A stretch of 32,000 nt of DNA from Candidatus Paracaedimonas acanthamoebae (GTDB taxonomy: Bacteria > Pseudomonadota > Alphaproteobacteria > Caedimonadales > Caedimonadaceae). Where the stretch lies: assembly GCA_000743035.1 (NCBI GenBank), contig CP008936.1, forward strand, positions 1,590,001 to 1,622,000, in the 5' to 3' direction. This document shows, piece by piece, positions 15,963 through 23,227 of the stretch. A model generated the notes under the pieces. The model had not been told where the DNA came from. It worked only from the letters and a program-made list of their open reading frames with translations, and did not search any database. Within the stretch, counting starts at the first letter, position 1, and every line of letters begins with the position of its first letter. Made by a program: the position numbers and the translations under genes.

Positions 15963-16994
15963 ATGGAAATAAAAGCATTAGGAATTGATCTTGGCAAGAA
16001 CTGGTTTCATCTTCACGGGATTGATAAAAGAGGAAAGCCTGTGCTTCAGAAAAAAGTCAGTAGAGAAAAATTACCGATCGTTATCGCCAATCTTCCTGGT
16101 TGCTTAATTGGAATGGAAGCTTGTGCGGGCGCTCATTTTTGGGCTAGATGCTTTCAACAGATGGGGCATGAAGTCAAGCTCATAGCGCCTCAATTTGTTA
16201 AACCTTATGTAAAGAGCAATAAGAACGATCAAGCAGATGCAGCGGCTATATCTGAAGCTGTCACCCGCTCTCATATGAGATTTGTCCCTATAAAATCTTC
16301 TGCTCAACAAGAGATATTAGCTATCCATCGCGTTCGTGAGCGTCTTGTACGGGTAAAAACAGCTTTAACCAATGAGATTCGAGGGTTACTTTTAGAACAA
16401 GGAATTACAATTCCTCAGGGAGTCAGCAAGTTTGAACAATTTTTAGCAAATCTACTAGATCCTGAAATTGAAGAACTCAGTCCTCTTTTTAAAGGCCTTT
16501 TAGGGGAACTCGTTGAAGAATTCAAGCTTGCTAAAGGAAGAGTAAAGAGACTTGAAGAACGTCTCCAGCGACTTGGGAAGGAAGACAAAGCCGTACAGCG
16601 ACTAATGACGATTCCTGGAGTTGGCCCCATAGGAGCTTCTGCTCTTGTTGGATCAATTGGAGATATTCGACAATTTAAAAATGGTAGAGAGTTATCTGCC
16701 TGGCTTGGGCTTGTGCCAAGGCAACATTCAACAGGAGGTAAACCTCGACTTTTAGGAATTAGTAAAAGAGGAGATTTATATTTACGAACACTTCTTATTC
16801 ATGGAGCTCGGGCTGTTATAAGATGGATTAGCCAACGTGAAAAACCTGTATCTTCTCTGGAGAAATGGGTCTTGGATATTATTGAACGGCGAGGAATAAA
16901 CCGAGCAATAGTTGCGCTCGCCAATAAAATAGGGCGAATGATTTGGGCTCTTCTTGCAAAAGAAGAAAACTATAGAATGCATGCAACTGTATAA
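15963..16994 (+). CDS. IS110-family (DEDD) transposase, apparently intact
   Basis: It has GIDLGKNWFHLHG, GMEACAGAHFWAR, VKPYVKSNKNDQADAAAISEA, IPGVGPIGASAL, VPRQHSTGGKPRLLGISKRGDLYLRTLLIHGA and ALANKIGRMIWALL. A strong RBS, AAAGGAGG, sits 6 nt upstream. Confidence 0.9.
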   Translation: MEIKALGIDLGKNWFHLHGIDKRGKPVLQKKVSREKLPIVIANLPGCLIGMEACAGAHFWARCFQQMGHEVKLIAPQFVKPYVKSNKNDQADAAAISEAVTRSHMRFVPIKSSAQQEILAIHRVRERLVRVKTALTNEIRGLLLEQGITIPQGVSKFEQFLANLLDPEIEELSPLFKGLLGELVEEFKLAKGRVKRLEERLQRLGKEDKAVQRLMTIPGVGPIGASALVGSIGDIRQFKNGRELSAWLGLVPRQHSTGGKPRLLGISKRGDLYLRTLLIHGARAVIRWISQREKPVSSLEKWVLDIIERRGINRAIVALANKIGRMIWALLAKEENYRMHATV

Positions 16995-17242
16995 TTTAGA
17001 AGAGTTTCGTATCTGAAGAAAGGCCATAGGAGAGAAAAATTGATGGTGAGTATCGGTCAAACCACTTTGAGAAAAATCCGCATTACATTGAGGCTCTTGG
17101 AAGCCGAAGTATTGATAGGGATTTTTCAAAGGCGGATTTCCATCAGGGCTAGAGGGGAAAATACCCTATCATTAAGCCGTATACATAACTGCAGCCGATT
17201 TTCTTTCATCAATTATTTTTTTCAAAAAGCCTTGATTCAGTC
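16995..17242 (+). ncRNA. Candidate IS-encoded guide (bridge/seek) RNA region in the 3' non-coding end of the IS1111-like element
   Basis: It is about 250 nt without a credible ORF, inside the IS boundaries. An 8-bp long-range helix AAATCCGC (17074-17081) / GCGGATTT (17132-17139) encloses ~50 nt. The assignment rests on published knowledge of the IS110/IS1111 families, not on a covariance-model hit. Confidence 0.3.
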
Positions 17243-17290
17243 GGCAGGTCCATACATCATGTAATGGATTGCGGTAAGGATTAAAAAAAC

Positions 17291-18128
17291 GGTTTTGTTG
17301 CAACTTTGAGCTAAGATTACAATTAAGCTAAGGAAATAAGGGACTTTTTCAAATTTTAGACAGAGTTGGGGTGTAAATATTAAATATGCGATGAATAAAA
17401 TAGATCTGATCATGAATACTTTTTGCAAAGAAATAGGATTGTCTTTTCATGATCATATTCATGGCTTCTACCCCTTTTATGACTCTTCTAGCCGAGACTA
17501 AACTCTTAAATCCCATCATAGGCTTTGTCCTTCTTTTTATTCTTCTATGGTCCGATTCTATAACATTGTTGAGATACCTCGTTTGACGATGCTCAACATG
17601 AGGTTTAAGAAGCTTTTCTTTCTTTAAGGCTTGAATGGCTGGCCCATAACAGGGATGTTTATCTGTTGTGATCTTTAAAGACTCTTGTTTTCTTAAGAGC
17701 CTTCTTAAGGAAGTTATAGGCGGCTTGATAATTACGTTTGCTGGAGATCATAAAATCTATCGTGCCTCCATGTTTATCAATAGCACGGTAAAGGTACTTC
17801 CATTTTCCTTTGACTCTAAGGTAGGTTTCATCAAGGTGCCAAGATTTACAGAAAGTACGCGCATGCCATCTGATTCTTTTATCAAGCTCAGGGGAATACT
17901 TCTGCACCCAGCGATAGAGAGTTGTATGGTCAACATCCACTCCTCTTTCTTCCATCATTTCTTCCAGATTACGGTAGCTCAAGGGGTAACGAAGATACCA
18001 GCGCATACATTGTAAGATAATGGTTGGTAAGAATTGGCGATAACGAAAATCTTGAGGCTTCATAGGTAGTACCCAAGGTTATTTATACCCTTAAATCTAC
18101 TCCCTTAATTCAAAGTTGCAACACAACC
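17291..18128 (-). mobile_element. IS6-family insertion sequence, full length (838 bp), with both inverted repeats
   Basis: Its ends are GGTTTTGTTGCAACTTTGAGCTAAG (17291-) and the reverse complement of ..CTTAATTCAAAGTTGCAACACAACC (-18128), i.e. GGTTGTGTTGCAACTTTGAATTAAG. The size and IR sequence are typical of IS6/IS26/IS257-type elements. The 8-bp flanks (AAAAAAAC / CACACGCT) are not a direct repeat. Confidence 0.85.
17349..18063 (-). pseudogene. IS6-family transposase with a single frameshift
   Basis: The N-terminal 134 codons (..WHLDETYLRVKGKWKYLYRAIDKHGGTIDFMISSKR..) end at a stop at 17659. The C-terminal half (ITTDKHPCYGPAIQALKKEKLLKPHVEHRQTRYLNNVIESDHRRIKRRTKPMMGFKS...) continues in another frame to the stop at 17349-17351. 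Total length 715 nt = 3n+1. Confidence 0.85.
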
Positions 18129-18388
18129 CACACGCTTATTAGGCGCCATTTTAAGATTATCGGTGAGGCTCATCCTTATGACCCTCGTTTTAAGGGCTAC
18201 TTCTTAAAGCGAGAACAAGGACAAAGGTCAGTCCAAGCTAAAGGGAGCCGGCCATTTTATTAACAGGACAAACAACCGGACTACCTCAACAAGTGGTCTT
18301 TCAAAGGCTTGAGCCCGGTGCGGTAAAAGTCGCACGCCGTGGTTCTTAGAGGACCCACCCTAGAGAAATCTAGGGTGGGTTACTCAAC
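18129..18388 (+). mobile_element. Group II intron 3' stump: last ~45 codons of the intron-encoded protein plus ribozyme domains V and VI
   Basis: The IEP tail is ..RHFKIIGEAHPYDPRFKGYFLKRE... Domain V is GAGCCCGGTGCGGTAAAAGTCGCACGCCGTGGTTC (18311-18345), close to the consensus GAGCCGUAUGCGAUGAAAGUCGCACGUACGGUUC with the AGC triad. Domain VI is the hairpin ACCCACCCTAG/CTAGGGTGGGT (18353-18380), with a potential bulged A at 18382. The 5' side is cut by the IS6 end at 18128, and the 3' end (~18388) is approximate. Confidence 0.75.
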
Positions 18389-18444
18389 AAATTTATAACA
18401 CACCCCATAATTTTATGAGTGGAGAATATGATTAAAGGAAATTA

Positions 18445-18927
18445 TTATTTTCTTGATAAAACTTCTGTAAAATAATTATCTTTAGGTAATAATCCTTCAG
18501 ATTTTGGCTTCGATTGGCTCATTTTAAATTGCTTAGCCAAATCATAAGATATTGATGCCACAATTTTCAGGATAATAGTTTCATCAGATTGACGAATGAA
18601 TTGTAAAGCATTTGGTTCTAAAGTAAGCAAATAATCCATATTCTCTGTATGCCCTGTTATAGCTGCCCCAATGAGTGCTATAGCAGCGCCATTAAAATCC
18701 TGCTTTTTAAATAAATCTTGATGCATATCCTCAAATTCATCAGAAGTAAGAGTATTTGAATTTAAAAGTTCAATTTTATTTGTAGAAACCACAATTTTAC
18801 TATAGTTATGCCCATTAGATCCATGATCTTCATCACTAAAAGATAATACATTTGTACAAAATGCTTGAGTACTAAGCATTGTAATTATGGAACTTACCAA
18901 AGCAAATGATGTATAAATTTTTAACAT
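18445..18927 (-). CDS. Hypothetical secreted protein
   Basis: The leader is MLKIYTSFALVSSIITMLSTQAFC. I recognise no family. Confidence 0.5.
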   Translation of the reverse strand: MLKIYTSFALVSSIITMLSTQAFCTNVLSFSDEDHGSNGHNYSKIVVSTNKIELLNSNTLTSDEFEDMHQDLFKKQDFNGAAIALIGAAITGHTENMDYLLTLEPNALQFIRQSDETIILKIVASISYDLAKQFKMSQSKPKSEGLLPKDNYFTEVLSRK

Positions 18928-18989
18928 AAATCTAACCTTCCACTTTTTATAAATTTTAGTCTATTTAACAAATTTTACAAGATAAATAT

Positions 18990-19900
18990 TTATTGTAAAT
19001 CGGCAAACCTTGCGGAAAATACTTTTGCTTGTGGATTATCAAGATCAATATTTATACTTAAATTAAAACTTGGAGATGATGTATTTAGTCGGTCTCTTGT
19101 TGTCCGTTCACCAAGATGGTCAACTTCTCTATGAAGCTCTTTAGCACCTATAAGAATAATTCTTGTAAAATTATCAGGTAACAAAATCTCAGGAGTTTGG
19201 GCGAGTGATTGTAGAATAGTGGTAGTTCTTCATTAAACTTTAATAACATAGGAAAGCAATTTTTCTGACAAGGATCTTTAAGACTTGAAATAAGTAAAAC
19301 TGTACCTACTATTGAAATAGGGTGGGACTCATTACTTGTAAAACTGTGAGTAAGCATTTCTGGGAGTTTATTTTTTAAGACAAGAAGTAAAAAGGCTTCT
19401 GAATGTCCGCCTTCTTTTACAATATTATTTCCTCTTATAAGAGTGTTGACTCGTTGTTTAATGTCATCGCATCTTTTACCGTTTTCAGTTTTTGATGTAG
19501 ATGTAAAACCTTCTGTAAGAGGAAAATCTTGACCTGAGGTAACCTTTTTACTTTCAACCTCTTGAAGATTGCTTTTAAACTTCTTTTGTCCACTTAAGAA
19601 CACATTTCCTTCACTTTATAAATAAGTATCTATATGGAGTTTGTCATCTCCTTCAACCAAATAAAGTAATTTAAATTGTGCAGTTAAAATGTTACAAGTT
19701 TTAATGTTTTCTTCCATTAAAGTCTGAATAACCTCATCTCTATAAGCTTCTGATATAAAAGTTTTGGTAGAATTCACCCACTCATCTACTTCAGCCAGAG
19801 AACCAGGTTCATAACCCTTAACTTCGACATTGAGTGATTTATGCCAATTTCTTTCAGTTTCTTCTTGAGTAGCGTAAGATGAATTGCTCAATAAAATCAT
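18990..19900 (-). pseudogene. Decayed hypothetical gene (three collinear ORF pieces: 19616-19900, 19148-19603, 18990-19184)
   Basis: The pieces are contiguous on the same strand. They are separated by one in-frame TAA (19613-19615) and one frame change near 19150-19184. The hydrophobic leader is N-terminally clipped: KIINLFSFLLMILLSNSSYA is readable upstream in frame, but no start codon precedes it. Confidence 0.5.
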
Positions 19901-20544
19901 TAAAAGAAAAGAAAATAAATTGATTATTTTACATGTAGGAAAATTATCTCAAATTGCAAGCTTTTTCTTCAATTTATTTTGGGGCAGTTACTACCTTTTG
20001 TGCTAAATACAGATGTCGTGTTAGGGGGAGAGGAAAGTATTTCAAAATGAAGATTTGAGGAAGATGATATTTATTATCTAATAGATCTAATGACGCATAC
20101 AATAAGTAAAATCAACATTAAAGAAGGACAATTTTTTCAAGGTTTTGATTAAATTTTTCAATTCAATTTGTACGACTTATGATTTATAAATAGGCTCACT
20201 CCTGTATGGTTGGAAAATATGAATTTTATTCCAAAGAACAAAGCATTAACTTTCAAGCGATAGTTCAAATGCTCTTAAGCTCCCCAAAAATCAATTTTTC
20301 TTCTCAAATCAAGGGATAACAACGATTTCAGTTATGCCATCAAAAGTTTCGCGGCTTTGGGCAAAACCCCAACATGCTTGGTGAATACGATTTTTCCGAA
20401 GAAAAGCGTAAAGATTTTATCGGAATTTTAACCTTGAAAATTGCTGCCTGAATTTATCTGAAAAAACGGGGGACATAAAATTACTGCAAATCAAAGTCAG
20501 TCAATGGTTATAAAAAATTCCTGTGATACCTCATGTTCCTTTAT

Positions 20545-20660
20545 GGAAATAGGCCCAAAGGAGAAATACGTCTAGTGAACCAATAATTCAATGTCTATAC
20601 TGTTTAATTGAAACTTCAAAAGGGCTAGACATGCGTAATTAAATTCTTTGCAACAAAGCC
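20545..20660 (+). mobile_element. IS6-like 3'-end remnant, third variant (related to 5321-5444)
   Basis: It ends in AATTAAATTCTTTGCAACAAAGCC, whose reverse complement GGCTTTGTTGCAAAGAATTT matches the IS6-family IR consensus. It shares ..CCAATAATTCAATGTCTATACTGTTTAATTGAAA.. with 5321-5444. Confidence 0.5.
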
Positions 20661-20694
20661 GACCGATTCATATATGACGATGCCCTCTGGAGTC

Positions 20695-20964
20695 TTAACT
20701 TACATAATACTGAGCTTTGATGTTCCGTCTTAAGAGTAGATATCCTACTATCCCTAACAATAAAGAGCCTACAATAACTCCAAGCCGCATGGGTATTTGT
20801 TGAGCAACCTCAGAAAAAGCGAGAAGTCCAATAAATAGACTCATTGTAAATCCGATACCTGTAATAATAGCTATCCCATAGTATTGGAGCCATGTAACGC
20901 CTTTTGGCAATTTGCAATATTTAAGCTTAATACCAATGATGGAGAATAACATTACACCAACCTG
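20695..20964 (-). pseudogene. nhaA: Na+/H+ antiporter NhaA, C-terminal ~90 aa only
   Basis: ..VGVMLFSIIGIKLKYCKLPKGVTWLQYYGIAIITGIGFTMSLFIGLLAF...RLGVIVGSLLLGIVGYLLL matches the last two TM segments of NhaA (E. coli: [32 protein letters not shown]...). Homology runs right up to the IS3 end at 20965. The N-terminal ~300 aa are not present on the other side of the IS. Confidence 0.85.
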
Positions 20965-21031
20965 TGATCTTGCGACAATAAAGCGGACATGAAGAATTGA
21001 GATGGGTTAATGTTGGTTGAAAGAAGAGACC

Positions 21032-21329
21032 ATGCCCCATAAATATGATCGGAAATTTAAGATTAATGCTGTTAAGGTATATTTAAATAATGACAAGCGC
21101 ATTGAGAAGAATTGCTCTAGATTTAGGAATTTCTCGTGCTAGTTTAGGACACTGAATTAAACAGTATAAGGGAGAAGGAGATAGGAGTTTTCCAGGAAGC
21201 GGCCATGTGATTGAGGAAGAATTGAGAGCACTTAAGAGAGAGCTTTATCTTGTTTGTCAGGAGCGAGATATCTTAAAAAAGGCAGTTGCCATCTTCTCCG
21301 AACCCCGAGGCAAAGGTACGAATTCATGA
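21032..21329 (+). pseudogene. IS3 orfA (HTH) disrupted by one frameshift (~21100) and one nonsense codon
   Basis: MPHKYDRKFKINAVKVYLNNDKR.. changes frame before ..IALDLGISRASLGH*IKQYKGEG... The TGA at 21153-21155 replaces the conserved Trp of the L..W.K.Y motif. Confidence 0.8.
21275..21281 (+). promoter_or_regulatory. Programmed -1 ribosomal frameshift heptamer A_AAA_AAG of the IS3 element
   Basis: TTA AAA AAG is in the orfA frame. A -1 slip joins it to the orfB frame (..KKGSCHLLRTP..). The heptamer is identical to that of IS911/IS150-type elements. Confidence 0.7.
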
Positions 21330-22201
21330 AGCATCATACCACTTTATTTTCCTTGGATCAGATAGCGCAAGCCTTAGGGGTTTGTCGCAGTGGGTATTAT
21401 GATTTTATTAAAAGGAGTCCTAGCAAGAGAGGGCTTGAAAACGCTGAGGCTATTAAAAGAATTAAGACTATTTTTGAGGAAAGCCGAGAAACCTATGGCA
21501 GTCCTCGGATTCATGCAGAGCTGTGTGCTCAAGGAAGTGCTTGTTCTCGAGCTAAAGTGGCTCGGTTGATGAAGAAGAATGATATTCAAGCTAAGATGTA
21601 TAGGAAGTTTGTGAAAACAACAAAACGCTCTGGAAATATCCCTCAACCAGCCCAGGATCTTGTTCAGCAGAATTTTTATTCTCCTCTTCCTGATAGAGTT
21701 TGGGTGGCAGATATTACCTTTATTGCTATTAATAAGACTTGGGTCTACTTAGCTATTATTCTTGACCTATTTTCTCGAAAAGTGGTGGAAATGGCTTTGA
21801 GTGATCATATGAGGAGTTCTTTAATTTTAGCAGCGCTTCAACAAGCTCTTTTATTAAGAAAACCAGCTTCGGGACTTATTCATCATTCTGACTTAGGCAG
21901 CCAATATACAAGCCATGATCTTTATGAAATGGCTCAAACTCATGGAATAAAGCTTAGTCATGGAAAAACAGGATGTACTTATGACAATGCTGCAATGGAG
22001 AGCTTTTTTCACACCCTTAAAACAGAGCATGCCTATTTTAAGAACTATAAAACTTTAGAAGAAGCCAAAACCGATATCTTTGAATATATCTTCACATTTT
22101 ATAACGCTAAAAGGAGGCATTCGACACTCAACTATCAAAGTCCAAATCAGTGGGAATACAACTATTACAAAAATCAATCCATCTCAGTTTATACTGTCTA
22201 G
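21275..22201 (+). CDS. IS3-family OrfB (DDE integrase-like catalytic domain); the frame is intact but expression depends on the disrupted orfA
   Basis: It has WVADITFI (D), HHSDLGSQYTS (D), YDNAAMESFFHTLKTE (E) and RRHSTLNYQSP. Confidence 0.8.
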   Translation, partial: KKGSCHLLRTPRQRYEFMKHHTTLFSLDQIAQALGVCRSGYYDFIKRSPSKRGLENAEAIKRIKTIFEESRETYGSPRIHAELCAQGSACSRAKVARLMKKNDIQAKMYRKFVKTTKRSGNIPQPAQDLVQQNFYSPLPDRVWVADITFIAINKTWVYLAIILDLFSRKVVEMALSDHMRSSLILAALQQALLLRKPASGLIHHSDLGSQYTSHDLYEMAQTHGIKLSHGKTGCTYDNAAMESFFHTLKTEHAYFKNYKTLEEAKTDIFEYIFTFYNAKRRHSTLNYQSPNQWEYNYYKNQSISVYTV

Positions 22202-22365
22202 TTTTTTGTAGAAAGATCAGCCACAAAAATTTGATACAAAATTCAAGTAAATTCAGCATAAAAATGGCTCAAAATTTACGAAATAAATGATAAGCTTGAG
22301 GGGTTAAAGGCAAAGATAAAAAACCTCTGATTTAATCATTAAGAATAGAATAAGAAATATACTTT

Positions 22366-23217
22366 TTACAAAAAATGATTAGGGCTGAAGCTTTGGTAAA
22401 TTTCAGCAAGCTTTAAAAAATTTTGAAGACTTAATTCTTCTGCTCTTTGAGAGCTATCGATTTGAGCTTTTTCTAAAAGGGCGTTGATATCAATATTTAA
22501 ACCTTTAAGGCTGGATCGAAGCATTTTTCGCCGTTGTCCAAAGGCAAATTTAGTCACAATTTCCAGAGCTTGATAAAATTTTGGCGGAATTGTAGGGGTA
22601 CGAGGCACAAAATGAACAACGCTTGAGGTTACTTTTGGGGGAGGCGTGAAAGCAGAAGGAGGGAGATCAAACATGCGTTTGCAGACAGCTTGAGCTTGGC
22701 ACATGACAGAAAGGCGACCATAATTTTTTGATTTTGGTTGTGCAACAATTCGTTCGGCAACTTCTTTTTGGAACATTAACGTCATACTTTTAAAGAGATC
22801 AGCTTGCTTAAGCCACATGAGGAGCAAAGGCGTTGCAATATTATAAGGAAGATTTGCAATAATTTTTCGTGGTGCCGATGTGATTTCGGCTACATTTATG
22901 CTTAATGCATCTCCTTGAATAATAACAAGCCGTTGATTTTCAATTTGCTTCAATTCTTCAAGAACATTAATGGCTCTAGGATCAATTTCGATGGCAAATA
23001 CTTTATGAGCATTGGTTTTTAAAAGAGCTCTCGTTAATCCTCCTGGACCAGGCCCAATCTCAATGGCCGTATCTTCAGCAGTAAGGCCGGCGATTTGCGC
23101 GATTTTTTGTGTTAAATTGAGATCAAACAAGAAGTTCTGACCGAGTGTTTTTTTTGCCTGAAACCCGTACTTTACGATGACTTCTCGTAAAGCTGGGAGA
23201 CCATCTATAGGATGCAT
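22366..23217 (-). CDS. rsmA: 16S rRNA (adenine1518/1519-N6)-dimethyltransferase
   Basis: It has KKTLGQNFLFDLNLTQKI, the SAM motif IEIGPGPGGLTRALL, and NLPYNIATPLL. Confidence 0.95.
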   Translation of the reverse strand: MHPIDGLPALREVIVKYGFQAKKTLGQNFLFDLNLTQKIAQIAGLTAEDTAIEIGPGPGGLTRALLKTNAHKVFAIEIDPRAINVLEELKQIENQRLVIIQGDALSINVAEITSAPRKIIANLPYNIATPLLLMWLKQADLFKSMTLMFQKEVAERIVAQPKSKNYGRLSVMCQAQAVCKRMFDLPPSAFTPPPKVTSSVVHFVPRTPTIPPKFYQALEIVTKFAFGQRRKMLRSSLKGLNIDINALLEKAQIDSSQRAEELSLQNFLKLAEIYQSFSPNHFL

Positions 23218-23227
23218 CTTTAGGTTT

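Larger units (their letters stand above)
15883..17255 (+). mobile_element. IS110-family element, IS1111-like (bounded here by its 13-bp inverted repeats; the true ends may lie a few bp outside)
   Basis: GTATGGACCTGCC (15883-15895) and its exact reverse complement GGCAGGTCCATAC (17243-17255) bracket an intact IS110-type transposase gene and a ~250-nt 3' non-coding segment. TAATGG occurs on both outer sides (15878-15883 and 17262-17267). Confidence 0.75.
20965..22219 (+). mobile_element. IS3-family insertion sequence (~1.25 kb)
   Basis: The imperfect terminal IRs are TGATCTTGCGACAATAAAG (20965-) and, as the reverse complement of the right end, TGATCTTTCTACAAAAAAC (-22219). It has orfA/orfB organisation with an A_AAA_AAG slippery site. 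The exact ends are uncertain by a few bp. Confidence 0.8.

Noticed and set aside
16104-17129. ORF-track entries antisense to or overlapping the IS110-family transposase (16104-16310, 16415-16630, 16782-17129), and 17040-17264 and 17237-17428 in the IS tail and IS6 end.
   Set aside because: They lie within or opposite a well-supported gene or in IS non-coding ends. Their composition is low-complexity or Ser/Leu-rich, typical of antisense frames, and they have no RBS or recognisable motifs.
18445-18927. A possible degenerate ankyrin repeat (..GAAITGHTENMDYLLTLEPNA..).
   Set aside because: It is a single weak match to the G-x-T-x-L-H..GH.E.V..LL pattern with no tandem second repeat. That is insufficient.
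21153-21155. TGA at the position of a conserved Trp in IS3 orfA, which could hint at genetic code 4 (TGA=Trp).
   Set aside because: All long core genes in the window (rsmA, surA, lptF/G/D, rpe, GT4) are uninterrupted under the standard code with no internal TGA. The same orfA also has a frameshift. A nonsense mutation in a decaying IS is the simpler explanation.
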